DNA of 63,989 nucleotides, counting the filler, from Perkinsus olseni (lineage: Eukaryota), in NCBI GenBank assembly GCA_013115125.1. It is 28 parts of 28 records of this genome, joined end to end, with 100 filler letters (N's around TTAATTAATTAA, not from the genome) between each part and the next. Parts side by side here need not be neighbours in the genome. Positions count along the whole stretch, not along the records: positions 50,696 to 52,856 come from JABANN010001631.1; positions 52,957 to 55,112 come from JABANN010001632.1; positions 55,213 to 57,361 come from JABANN010001633.1; positions 57,462 to 59,606 come from JABANN010001634.1; positions 59,707 to 61,847 come from JABANN010001635.1; positions 61,948 to 63,989 come from JABANN010001662.1; 22 more parts are not named here. One strand, 5' to 3'. A program made the translations under genes and the position numbers. The notes beneath the pieces are model-generated. The model was not told the DNA's origin. It searched no databases and saw only the letters and a program-made list of their open reading frames with translations. Positions 51,809 to 63,989 of this stretch are shown one piece after another (the first letter of the stretch is position 1; each line of letters starts with the position of its first letter).

Positions 51809-53008
51809 CTCTGGGTGAGGAGGTCAAGTCTGGACGGAACTGGTCGTTCTTGATCCGGGACCAATGATCCCCCTTCACGGACACGCCCTACTGAGGGCAG
51901 CCGATCCGGAAGATCGGCATCCCAAAGCGAACGCGACAGAACCCTACCAGATTTATGAACCCCCAAATTCCCGCATGCTACCTCACCAGTGCCGACTACG
52001 CCGTTAGAACATTAGTGAACTGATGCAGAACATCACGGCTCAGCAGAAGCCGGCCGCCCTCAGACTCATTGACCGAGGTAGTCTATGAGTAGTAGCCGGT
52101 AGCGCTCGAAGGGTGGCTCTCGTGGCCTAGTCATCATCCCCACAACCTACGAAACGCAGGGGACACGCCCTACTGAGGGCAGCCGGGAGATAGATGAACG
52201 TAGACCAGAGAGCGCACCACGTAGACCAGCGCTACGCCTCGAGGGGCACACGTGAAGCGAGCACCCGAGAAACACCAACGCAACAGTGGAAGGGCTTCGG
52301 GAAAAGTGTTAATTTTACTTGGAGAGCGACCATACGAAGCCATCTCGCCCCCCCCCCCTCCCCCGCGCAAATTTCCCCCTCCTTGGCGCCCAACACTACT
52401 TGTACCAACTTGTCCTCGGTCCCCGGATCATCAGGACAGCATGAACATACGAATACGATGAAGAAGGGCGAAAAAAGGCAAGCTACAGCACATACAGTGC
52501 AGTGTAATCATGACCACGGTGAAGCACGCAAGTCCATGGCAAATCCCACAAATTCTTGCATTTTGCATGCACTGAGCATATTCCTGGTCGACCCTTGGTA
52601 GACCCCTAGTGGACCCCTGGACGCAACTATACAGGCGTATTCGGAATTCCTTCCGCATACTTGCGGCCTATATGTCATAATATTGCATACCTCCCCTCCA
52701 GTAGCGCTACAAAGTTTGTTACAAGCTGCCTCCTCGCTGCTACAATAGAGTGAGTTCCTCCAAAGAATTTTTATTGCATGAAAGCGTTGAACTCGGAAGC
52801 TTTCCCCAGAGGCATGTCTCTTCTTCAAGGCGAGAGGGGCAGGCAGAACGTCCCCTNNNNNNNNNNNNNNNNNNNNNNNNNNNNNNNNNNNNNNNNNNNN
52901 TTAATTAATTAANNNNNNNNNNNNNNNNNNNNNNNNNNNNNNNNNNNNNNNNNNNNCCTCCATCGTAACACAATGAATGCCTAACTCGAGATCGCACGTC
53001 TAGCGGCT

Positions 53009-53752
53009 TTGCTGCGAGTGTGCCTAGGTAACTATCTTCGTGACGTTTATTTTGACGTGTGGCATCAGCATTGCACTAAGAAGGACTTTGAGGCGGATCG
53101 TTTATCGTTGTTGGCTATGTTCTCTCCGGTTCGGCCCGATGAGATTCTCGCTAAGTTCAATGGTATGGTTTGGGATCGTACTAATCGTGTGGTGGCGTTC
53201 TTAACCTCTCTTCACCGTTGTATGAATCACTACAATAAGTCCTTGCCCTATGATAGGAAGCTCAGTGCCGAGACTATGGACCAGATGGTTATGGATAGGC
53301 TGATCGCCAACGCTCCGGATGCGGCCAAGTCAGTACTTCGTCGTCGAGCTCCCAAGACGGTAAAGGAGATATGTGAGATTTTTGAGGATTACAAGGATAA
53401 GTTTGGCCCGTCCTCCCAGCTCAGTCGACCTGCAGCCGTATCGCAAGCAGAGGCTACGATGGGTAGTGATGACGGTATGGGTGCTCCTTCCAGTGTGGTC
53501 CAAGCTTTGGTCGGTTCGCTAGAGAAGTTGTTTGATCAGCAAGAGCAAAGGCTCGCGGCGGTGATGCTTCCTAAGAGGTGCTTCTTATGTGGTGATGAGC
53601 ATTGGTTGAAGGACTGTCCCCACAAGAAGTTTAGTGCAGGTTGCTTCGTATGCGGTGCCAAGGACCATTTGGCCCGCGAGTGCGCGATGCTGGCGGCTTC
53701 CCGTGGTTCTATTAATGGTAAGAAGTCGACTACTGCGTCGGGAAACTTCTAG
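53009..53752 (+). mobile_element. LTR-retrotransposon gag with two zinc knuckles
   Basis: CFLCGDEHWLKDC and CFVCGAKDHLAREC. Confidence 0.9.
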
Positions 53753-53790
53753 GGCGCTCGTCTGACAGCCCACGAGCGCCGAAGGTTGAG
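53740..53790 (+). promoter_or_regulatory. -1 programmed ribosomal frameshift signal (G GGA AAC + hairpin)
   Basis: In-frame slippery heptamer at 53740-53746, 6-nt spacer, perfect 9-bp stem 53753-53761/53772-53780. The -1 frame is open into the protease. Confidence 0.85.
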
Positions 53791-54711
53791 TTGATCCCTT
53801 TTGGGAGAGACAATGGGTTATTTCTCTTTTCTGACTTAATCTCTGATCAACAACGACTTGGGCCCCTACGCTGCCTGGTGGATACTGGCTGTTGTTCTAC
53901 TATGGTTGCTAAAAAGGTATTACTTCAGGGGGTGACTATTCGGCCCGTTGCTGGTCCTACTCTTATGACTATTGATAGGTCTATTTGTAAGATTGTTGGT
54001 GTGGTCTCGCTCACGGTAGAAGTTTATGATTGTGATAATGCTCGTCAAGTCATTCATCCTGGTGAGGATGAGCCAAGGATTCCATTCCCTGTTTCGGCCC
54101 TGGTTGTGGATTCTCTGGCTTATGACGTTATCTTGGGTCACGACTTCTTGAACCACTTTGAGCTGGATATTCGATACTCCGAGTCTCCTACAAGGATTGT
54201 CGGTCACTGGCCTTTTGGTGAGGCCCCGCGTCTTCCATGGTTTATGGAGCACCCGGTTCAGGCGGCTAACTTGACTTCAACGGTGCAGGTGTATGCATCT
54301 TCGGCCCGATACTCTGAATGTGGTAACGGGCACTTCTTCCACTGGTCTTACCCGGAGTATCTGCCAGCTGGAGCCGGTAGGTATGTGTATGTGGTCTCCT
54401 CAATGGATGACCCGTATCCGAGGCTCGTGTACTCCTCGGATGCCTCTGGTGCTTGCTTGGCTTCGTCAAATCCATCATTCTTATTGAAGACCTCTTCGTC
54501 TTCAACTGGTAGTCAAGAACCTTTACAACTATCTGTCCCGGTAGAGGCAGAGGTGCCTCACCCACGCACGAAGGCTTCTCCGTTGGAGTGGACTTATGAG
54601 TCTGGCCTGTTTGCCGGAAGTCCATCATGTACGACCAGAGGTGGACGTACAAGTCGGCCCCCTAGGAAGCTCTCGACAAGTCGATATACTCCCCAAGGAG
54701 GCTACGAGTAA
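53747..54711 (+). mobile_element. Retroviral-type aspartic protease ORF (-1 frame), no RT/RNase H/integrase core
   Basis: LVDTGC and DVILGHDFL motifs; the ORF ends ...RTSRPPRKL...*. Confidence 0.85.
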
Positions 54712-54749
54712 CTGCTGTGAAAATCCTTCTTCGGCCCTTAGAATTTTGT

Positions 54750-55112
54750 GGGGAGGAGAAGTAAGAGGGTTAGTGTAACCCCCTTTTTTTCGATTTTTAC
54801 TCGTTTTGTGTCTTATCGTTGACACGAGGTGTCACGATCGTTATGGTGTCACACCATTGGTGTGATGCAATGGCATCCTGTTACCGTTGTAACCGCGGCG
54901 CCGGTTGTGAGCTAGCTGTCCTCTATGATACGTATCGAAGTACGATGAGACCCTTCTTTTCGGCCTGACAGTTGTTAGTCTCGTCGCGAGAGGTGTCTTC
55001 GTGATGACAGGGATTCTGTCTCTTTTTGTTTACGCGTGCTAATGAATTTCCGATCGGTTTGCTATAATTGTGCACTATTTGATTTAAGCGCTTATTCAAG
55101 GATCGTTCCTTT
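54750..55112 (+). mobile_element. Polypurine tract and probable start of the 3' LTR (TGTAAC at 54774)
   Basis: GGGGAGGAGAAGTAAGAGGG lies shortly after the ORF stop and is followed by TG. Confidence 0.65.
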
Positions 55113-55382
55113 NNNNNNNNNNNNNNNNNNNNNNNNNNNNNNNNNNNNNNNNNNNNTTAATTAATTAANNNNNNNNNNNNNNNNNNNNNNNNNNNNNNNN
55201 NNNNNNNNNNNNAAAGAACTTTTCGGGCACTGAAAGGATTTTTTGGGAGCCGAAAGTGTTTTTCGGGCGCGCGAAAGTACCGGCCAAAATGAACCAGGCG
55301 AATTTCGTGGCGCGTGACGCTTTCATCCGCATCATCAGACCAACTTGAAGCTCCAGTTAGTTGTATCATATATTTTCTGCCC

Positions 55383-57051
55383 ATGGCATATTCCCAGTCG
55401 GGATATTCCAACTTCCAGTCCAGAATCGAGGGCTACGGTAACACGGCCTACGATGGCCAAGACGACACTTTCCAAGGCCGGGCATCAGCGGTAGTACCAC
55501 ACCATCCGTTCTTCATACCAAATCAGTGCGTGATGCTCTCAGGCGGGCTCCCGACTGGCCTCCGAGGTTGGCGCCACCGTTTCCGCAATCCAGGATGGCA
55601 GCATGTACAGTTCTATTAGGGAACAGGCCGGAGAGGCTGCAAGTAGTACTATTGGCTGATGAACCGGCATTTGGCGAGCCTTCTATACACGGGGTGGTTT
55701 TTTCTTCCATCTGGCCGAGTGATATTATCGGCAGAGGTTGGGAAAGCTTCGGAGTACGTTGCTACTGGTGGCACCGTCGCCAACTTGCCTTCTCCCGAAT
55801 GGTGCCTCTCGATGATTCGTCGTAGGTTGACATTATTAGCAAGCTCACGATTGGAATTTTCCGGTGGGATTTTGACTTCTCCGTAGTACAGTCACCCGAG
55901 TATTTGCGATCCTTTTATTGAAGGTCCTTCAGGAATTTCGAGTAGAAAGAGTGTTTTCACGTCTTCTACACAGAGAAGTAGAAGTTTTCACGTATTCTAC
56001 AGTAGTAGAATGACGTCAGTACAGTCATTAGGAGGTGCCTGCTACGCTCTCCTGTAGGTATACTATCCCAGGCAGCGTCGGGAGTAGCGGAATGGTTCCG
56101 CCCCTCAACGTCCTCCAACGGCTATTCTACTCCCGGGAACGCATATGTGGATAATAACGTCCCTTCGTACACTACCCCTGCCGCCCCACCAACATATACT
56201 GGATATGGCAACAACGCTTCGGGCCCTGGCTACAACGCTCAACCCCCTCGAAGGCCTTGGGGGAGCGCCGCCCCAACGACAGCTCCAACGCGATACAGCA
56301 GTCCGCCGCCGCCTCCTGCTCCTCCCGTTCAACCAGTGCCAGAGGCGAGCTCGACGGCTCGTGGGGTTTCTGGGGCTCTTCCTAAGGGCAAGTACGAGGC
56401 ACAGCTGGTGAAGCAGGTAGTAGTATCAGCTGCCATGCTAGATTGATTTCGAGGTCTATACTAGGTTACTGCTCCCGGCGGCACTCGAGTGAAGCCCTCC
56501 GATGCCGTCCTGCGTGAGTTTTATCGTAAGGTGAGGAACTTGGACTTTGAAGTTGTCGGCAAGGAGCTAGCCAAAGCCCTCGATGAGGCAGGCGCGACGT
56601 GGCAGCATCGACTGCGGGTGAGGGATGTCGGAGCCGGTGAAACTTGTCGGTAGTGGCGGTGGTGGTTCGCAGGTCCTATACGTTGTTGATGGCCTTTGGG
56701 CGCAAGGTTTGGAGGAACCTGTGGAGGCGGTTAAGGAACAGTGTGCTAACACGGGGCTGGCAGAGTTGGCTACCGATACACACACAAGGTAGAATAGGGG
56801 GAAATGTAGTACACGAGTGAGAGTCGCCTTCCGTTGACGTCTGTATTCGCGTTCGTGTAGTGCTCTCGGCACTGTGCCTTCGTGCTGAGTTACTGTCGGC
56901 TTTCTGTAGAGTCAAGGCGGTGCCGATACTGAAGGAGTGGGGTATGGACATGGACGACCTCGCCTCCGCCCCTACCGAGTCTAGGACGGAAGTGGAGGCT
57001 GCTGCTGCCACTGGGGGTCTTCTCGACTTAGCCGAGCCCACCAAAACGTAG
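55383..57051 (+). CDS. Tepsin/MTV1-like (AP-4 accessory) protein, multi-exon
   Basis: RIEGYGNT motif, Pro-rich linker, VHS-like YEAQLVKQ|VTAPGGTRVKPSDAVLREF, acidic dileucine-like tail GGLLDL. Confidence 0.6.
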
Positions 57052-58784
57052 TACGGGTCGTGGCCTTCGTTATACGCGATAGAATATTGACAGCGTCATC
57101 AACTCTATCCGTTCTGCTGCAGCGGACATTCAGGCTTGCAACAACGCGGCAGCGGTCAAAGCGCCATCCTACCGGTGGACTTCTTGAGCGCTGCGTGTGA
57201 GTAGACAGTGAGCGCCCGTAGCCGATGTCGGTCCTGTGTGTGGTGAGAGTTGAATATTGAAGGCCCCAACGCCGGATCATCCGTCCCTGTACAGACCGTG
57301 CATTTTCGATAAGCAAAACAGAAATTTTATCAGTTCTTCGCTATTAATCTACGTATGAATTNNNNNNNNNNNNNNNNNNNNNNNNNNNNNNNNNNNNNNN
57401 NNNNNTTAATTAATTAANNNNNNNNNNNNNNNNNNNNNNNNNNNNNNNNNNNNNNNNNNNNAAGGGAAGGGAAGGGAAGGGAAGGGAAGGGAAGGGAAGG
57501 GAAGGGAAGGGAAGGGAAGGGAAGGGAAGGGAAGAGAGAGAAAGTTCACCTCTCCCTCTTCTCTCCTTTCTTCCCTTCTTCCTCCTGCTCTCCTGCTTTA
57601 ATCCGTCTTCGCTTACGATAGGAACGAGTTTCTTCAGTTTGCCCATTTCACTCTTGCACATTACATCAGTATGCCTAAAGACGGCCGTACAGCCAAACAA
57701 TGGGATGAGATTCTGCGTGGGCTGGCAGGCAGAAGTGGCACGTTAGGGCGAGGAGAGGCGCCTCCGGCTCTGTCGGCCAATGCGAGACGATTGAAAGATG
57801 TGTATGCGTGTCCGTACAAAGGACGCCAAGTGGTACCCATGGAATGTCGGGCGGCTCTAGATGTATTTGGTGGGCTCATACCATGCCGTTGCTCATTCCA
57901 CAAGCCTGTTAGAAGGTGAGTTCGAACAACACATTCGAATGCTGTGAAACACCTGGGTTTCCTCATTAGAATGAGGCCAAATGAAGCTACTACAAGTGAG
58001 ACGCAGGGATCTGAACACGTAACGGAAAGGTAGTCACAGGGGCGCACATGATCCGTTCCTGATACAGCTGTTCTCGTATCTATACGTGGCTCGTGGAAAA
58101 GTGTCCGAAGTGGGAGCAAATTCCGCCGTGCCTTTAGATCCCATCCCAAACCGGAGCGCAGCGTCTCCGAAGACATCAATGAGAACCAGAACGTTAAACC
58201 CAACATAAATGAACCGAGTTATCAAGTTCATGTTCTAACGTTGCATGCGAGGACAGCGCTACTAGAGACCCAACGGAGATGTAAAACGGAAGTGCACACT
58301 GGGGGTGCCACCCCCACCCCCGGGGTGGGGATTAGACGATTGATTTCTGCTGGTCTCGAAGGTTTCCCACGGACGCCTCAACAGCCGCGGGTCAATCCAA
58401 AAAAGCCGACGGAGGCGAGTCTCCGGTGGGTCCACCGCGGGCGTGATACTGATCAAGTATCGCGAACGAACCTAGTCAGGTTGAGAGGCATTTACCTGGG
58501 TACCTAAGTTGCGACAAGGACTTTTCACGGTATGCCCTCAGCTTGGTGGCACTCAAGAGAGTATCTATCGGTTGGTCCCGTGGTCGTGTTTCTCGGGTCG
58601 TCTGGGCTGGTTCACGGAGTTTACGGGCCCTGTGGAGGGAAATACGCCGCGCGCCCGTGACTCTAGACGTCTCATCCCAGTACGACCACAGCCAGGCGTG
58701 GAATTGAAGGAACACTGAACAAGTGATCACAAAATATGGTAAAGAATACTTAAATATCCTTACTAAAAGAGTTGATCAATTGAT

Positions 58785-59606
58785 CAGGGGCCTATTCAAG
58801 TGCTTTTCGTTCCCGGGTTCCGAGTCCGAGGGAAATTTACCAGGCCCCGAGTCCGAGGAGTAATTTTCCGAGACATCACCCATTCAAGTGCTTGAGCTAA
58901 TTTTACGGGTATTACCTCCGATTTCCGAGTACGGGTCACAATTCCAACTGTTCAAGTTCACCTCCACATAAATTTCCCGAACTCGGGAAAAACCCGGGAC
59001 AAACATCTCACTCGGTAAATTGACAATTGTGCGTTTCGTGGATACGCGAAGCACAACTTTCAAGTGTTGTGGGTGCAGATTGCCTACTACCGGTGCTCCT
59101 CTACTCGGTTGGTTGGTCCTGAGTATGTCCCGAGCACTCCCCAAGGGTTTTGTCAAGTCCCAGAGGTCGGAAAAACACTGTTCGAGACATCTCGGTCTCG
59201 TCTCGACGTAGACCTTGCATTGTTCATTCTCGATCGTTGTGTCTCGAAGAGGTTGGCGGCGATCTCGATCTCGTTCTCGATTCTCGAAGTCGGTGTGCTA
59301 TCCATGCAACCTAGCTTGCATTTCCTTGAGAATTACTCGCCACCGAAGTCCAAAAAGGTCGTTCTTTATCAAAAAGAACCGTTCACAGGCGAATCTTCCG
59401 GGTTTGGGGTTGTTCATGAGTTTCAGGCTGAAACTTTCAGCGACGAAACTCCATCCCGAATGTTACAGTACCTCGATATTCATGAGTGACATTTCACATT
59501 CAACCCACAGTATGCAGGCAGATACGAGATTTTCGAGAACTCTGCCAAATCTCGTCTCGTTCTCGAGTCCTCAGAAATTTTCTCGATCTCGTCTCGGAAC
59601 TCTTCG
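58785..59606. mobile_element. hAT-like transposon end(s) with subterminal CCGAGT and TCTCG repeats
   Basis: CAGGGGCC.. and CAGAGGTCGG.. starts followed by clustered CCGAGTCCGAG and CTCGGTCTCGTCTCG motifs; no transposase seen. Confidence 0.35.
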
Positions 59607-59706
59607 NNNNNNNNNNNNNNNNNNNNNNNNNNNNNNNNNNNNNNNNNNNNTTAATTAATTAANNNNNNNNNNNNNNNNNNNNNNNNNNNNNNNNNNNNNN
59701 NNNNNN

Positions 59707-59777
<71 letters not shown>

Positions 59778-59789
59778 ACGTCTTTATCA

Positions 59790-61490
59790 ATGCCCGCAGG
59801 CTCCGGGTACCGCTCGACTCGTCGGACTCGTTTACATGATGAGTGTGCGCTCAAGAAGGGCGTCGTCCAGAAGGGTTCATTGCCTGCCTTTAATACATCG
59901 TTCATGGTGTTGATAGTCACTGTGATTATGATGTTAAGTCTTAGTGGTTGTAGCCCACGATCACCTGAACTGATACCACCAAGTGGTAGTACTGGTGGAG
60001 GCAGGGATGCTGGAGGAGATTCTGATACAAGTAATAGGATGGTGGGTAGTGAAGATGGTTGGGGGTGGCGGTGGTGGTAGGGGCTACTACTCTAAGGTAC
60101 ATCAACAACAACAACACTACCCCACTCTACTACGGCTCATATCACAACAACTACTCCAGACTACCAAACGTCGCATGAATCAACTAAAATGACTACCACT
60201 ACCACCCTAGCACGAGGAGACTCGTTAGTCACTGTTACTCCTACCACCACCACCACCACCATCCCAACAACACAAGGACGAACATCATCATCATCTAGTA
60301 GGTACACAAGGGTTCCCTCCCTCCTCCTCCTCCTACCCACAAACTCCTACTACTTCTACACGAAGTACATCAGGTACTCCTGCTACTACTACTCGCTATA
60401 TAAGAACTACTACCCCTCACAACCCTACAACTAAAGGACTGCCACCTAAGTGCTTAGGGAGGCCATCCACCACAAGTAGTGGTTTGGTGATCTATGCTGA
60501 TTGGCCCCACATGGATGTATTGACGGAGAAGAAGTACATGAATCAGCTACCCACCTTTGTTGATGGACAAAGTTGCCTCAACGCACACTTTTCTGGTACT
60601 ATTAAACAACAACAACGGCATAAAACAACAGCATCGTCATTTTCTCAGAGTTGCTGCTCGACGTAACTCCAACAAAGTTCGCAGATTGGATTGAGGATGG
60701 TACTAATGTGAATGCTGTTGACACTAGTACTGGTATCGGCCGTGGGAATGACTTCAAGTCCATGTTACTCGCTGTTAAATCGGCCAATGCCCAGGTATCT
60801 ATAGTAGTGGCCTTGGGTCATGGTTATTATGATAAGGTATGTGGTGGTAGGGAGAGCATCCACTGTATGTATAATTTTGTTAAAACTTGGGATAAGGTAG
60901 TCCCTGGTTCGATGGGCGGAGTAGTTGTATCGGGTATCGAGAGCACCTCGACTGGTATGAGCACAGCGATGTCTGCGGCAGCGTCTAGCAAGGGGCAGTA
61001 CTCTCTTGGAGTCACCTTACCGATGGCCTCACTGGCTTCCTATCAGCAGAAGTATAACAACGTTGTCGACGCCTTCTATCTGCTACTCATCGATTTCTGG
61101 TGTCCATCTGTTGACTCCTATGCTGCCTCTAACCCTAATAATATCTTTAAGACACAGTCCAGTGACCTTGGCTCCTTCATGGTAAAGGCTGGCAGTTGCC
61201 CTGGAGGGAAGGACTCTCCCATACCACAGAAGGACATCATCGCTGTGAACAGTAAGACCATTCTACTATGGTCAACACGTCATGGCGGCGGCAGTAGTAG
61301 CCAGTCGTCATCTTGTCCCTACCCACTTAATGATGGTAGTTGTACTCAGAATGATAGAGCAGAGCTTGGCACGGTTACAGCAGTCGAGGCTATGAACTTG
61401 ATAGGGTACATGAGTAACCTCTTTACTTCTGCTAAGCACGGTTTCTATTATATGAGCCTCATGCCTGATCAGTGGTTCTACGACGACTAG
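59790..61490 (+). CDS. Putative surface/secreted protein: hydrophobic N-terminus, Thr-rich stalk, Cys-containing C-terminal domain (frame breaks present)
   Basis: MVLIVTVIMMLSLSGC, TTTT-rich segments, then ORFs 60484-60666 and 60651-61490. Confidence 0.55.
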
Positions 61491-61780
61491 TCATCAGTAT
61501 CATCACGATCATCTTAACAACAACAACAGCAAGAACTGTTCATGTAAAATTACTGTTCATGTCCTATTCCTCCGGCTCTCCCTTAGTCTGTGTCCTTGAC
61601 AGCCCCAGGTTGTACGCCAGTCGACCGTCATCAACTCCAATGCGTTTGCACCTTCTACTACTACTACCACAGGTTGACGATGAAAACTTGTTTTCAACAG
61701 CACCTGCTTCGCTCCGCCAAATTGAAAGAGCATTTTTGTTATTCTATGATACCACCAATGCGAGTCTTTTCGTGTACATC

Positions 61781-61847
<67 letters not shown>

Positions 61848-61947
61848 NNNNNNNNNNNNNNNNNNNNNNNNNNNNNNNNNNNNNNNNNNNNTTAATTAAT
61901 TAANNNNNNNNNNNNNNNNNNNNNNNNNNNNNNNNNNNNNNNNNNNN

Positions 61948-63989
61948 GAGTTACGTGAGAAAGGTTGGCCCGTTCCAAGATCCAGTTCGGTCCCGACACC
62001 TTCTGCGACTTCGATACCGCCCGCTTCGGATTTGGTAGCGGCCGGCACGTGGCCTCCGCCTGGTTATGAGGATACTGATGACCTTCAAGATGACCCGCTT
62101 GCGGATCCGTTGAGGTTTGCCGTCCCGGACTTCCGTGATACGTCGATACAGCTACCCGAGTTTTGTTCTTCCCCTTCGGAGGAGCAGCGCCCCGTAGCTG
62201 CTCTATGTGAGGAGTTCTCTGATTTATTCGCGGTTCGGCCCGGTTTCTGCAATTCGGCTTCGCATTGCATCAATACTGGCTCTAATCCTCCTTTTTGTGA
62301 GCGTGTTCGGCCCTTACCTCATCGCTGGAGAGAAGAAGTGTCTGCTATGTTGCAGGAGATGGAGTCTCTTGGGGTTATTCGTCGAAGTACTTCGCCTTGG
62401 CGCTTCCCGTGTGTCTTCGTTCCGAAGAAAAACGGTAAGGCCCGTATGTGCATTGATTATCGTGGTCTGAATCGACTATGTGAGACGGAGGCTTACCCTG
62501 TTCCTCGGCCCCATGACGTCCAAGAGCATCTCGGTAATGCGAAGTACTTTACTACATTGGACCTTCGAAGTGGTTATTGGCAAGTACCTGTTCGGCCCGA
62601 AGATCAAGCTAAGACTGCGTTTTGCCCTGGCCCGGGGTTCCCGCTATACGAATGGCTTCGTATGCCCTTTGGTCTAGCCTCAGCTCCGGCGACTTTTCAG
62701 CGACTTATGGATTCTCTGGTCGGAGACTTACCCTTCGTCAAGTGTTATCTGGATGACCTGTTGATTTTCAGCTCATCTTTGAAAGAGCATTTGGCCCACC
62801 TTCGACAAGTCTTCGAGCTTTTACGAGCAGCTGGTTTGACTATTGCCGCTGAGAAGTGTGCTATTGCTGAGACCTCGGTGGATTACCTTGGCCACACTTC
62901 GGCCCGTCTGGTATGACTCCCGATATTAAGAAGGTTGAGACTATTTTGCGATGGCCTGTGCCCGGCTCTGTGCCTGAGCTTAGGTCCTTCTTGGGGTTAG
63001 CCAATTATTATCGAGGGTTCCTCCCACACTTTTCTGAGAGGACTAGACCTTTGTACGAACTGTTGACGGAGAGTATCAAGCTGAAGACTTCGGCCTTGCT
63101 TCCCTGGACGGATACTTGTGAAGCCGCTATGGTAGACGTGAAGGAGAATTTGGCCCGGTTACCATTGCTCACATACCCCGATTTTACTCGGCCCTTTCAA
63201 CTCATTACGGACGCTAGCGACGTGGCTATTGGAGGAGTTTTGGAGCAAGATGGTGCTCCCCTATCGTTCTTCAGTCAAGCATTGACTAGTACTCAGCGTC
63301 GTTGGCCGGTGTATGAGCGTGAGGCCTTTGCGATATTTTGTTCGTTGGAGCGATTTCGGAATCTATTGTTGGGGTACCCTTTGGAGTTGATTGTTTTCAC
63401 TGACCATAAGCCTTTAACGTTTTTGGAGACTTCTACGACGCCTAAGGTTCAACGGTGGATGCTGAGCCTTTGTCAGTATTCCTTCTCCATCCAGTATCGG
63501 CCCGGTAAGGATAATTTGGTGGCAGATGCGTTATCACGACTTTCTTCGGCCCGTAGTGATATGGATATTGAGCAACCTGAGCCGCCTGCTCATCCCGCTG
63601 CTATGTTAGCTCCGGTTTTTCTTGGCTCTGGCTTGGTGTATCAGCTGGATATGGAAGCTCTGAAGAAGGAGCAGTTCGCCGACAGTGACCTACGACGGGT
63701 GATAAAGAAGCTACTTGGCGAATGTTGTGATGATAGAGATGAGCGGTTTAACCTATATGCCGCGAGATTGTTGGAGTTCTCCTTGGAGGATGGAGTCCTT
63801 ATGTATACTCGAGAAGTTTGTAATGATCAACGACCGCGAGCAGTGCCGGTTATCCCTTCGTCGCTTAAGGATCGTATGCTATATGAGGCTCATGAGCTAC
63901 AAGGACATCAAGGTCTCCAAGCGACTCGGCGTTGGTTACAATCCCGATGCTATTGGCTGGATCTGGAAGATGACGTGCGACTTCACTTT
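61948..63989 (+). mobile_element. Ty3/gypsy pol (RT-RNase H-start of integrase) with a 1-nt frameshift near 62900
   Basis: RMCIDYRGLN, LDLRSGYWQ, MPFGL, YLDD; after the shift LRSFLGLANYY, LITDASD, TDHKPL, ADALSR, HELQGHQG. Confidence 0.95.

Overview
This is not one locus. It is a concatenation of about 28 short unplaced contigs (~2.1-2.25 kb, in decreasing size) joined by artificial N50-TTAATTAATTAA-N spacers, so no adjacency across spacers is meaningful. Short GT-AG introns, AAC/CAT microsatellites and the gene and retroelement content indicate an alveolate-like protist; Perkinsus is my best inference. Recognisable host genes are mostly partial: plant/chlamydial-type LL-diaminopimelate aminotransferase, amino-acid transporter, DDX6/Dhh1 N-terminus, dynein light chain, CEP164-like WW + B-box protein, Tubby protein, METTL-type methyltransferase, matrin-type zinc-finger protein, ABCB transporter, helical-repeat protein, tepsin-like protein and several secreted proteins. 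Mobile DNA is abundant: a DIRS-like element with RT/RNase H and tyrosine recombinase in one frame across a single TAG; a BEL/Pao-like pol; a gag-protease with a CCCH finger; a gag-pro-only LTR element with a clear -1 frameshift signal; a Ty3/gypsy pol; a MULE fragment; a decayed tyrosine recombinase; and hAT/MITE-like ends. The recoding signals and architectures of the retroelements are the most interesting observations.
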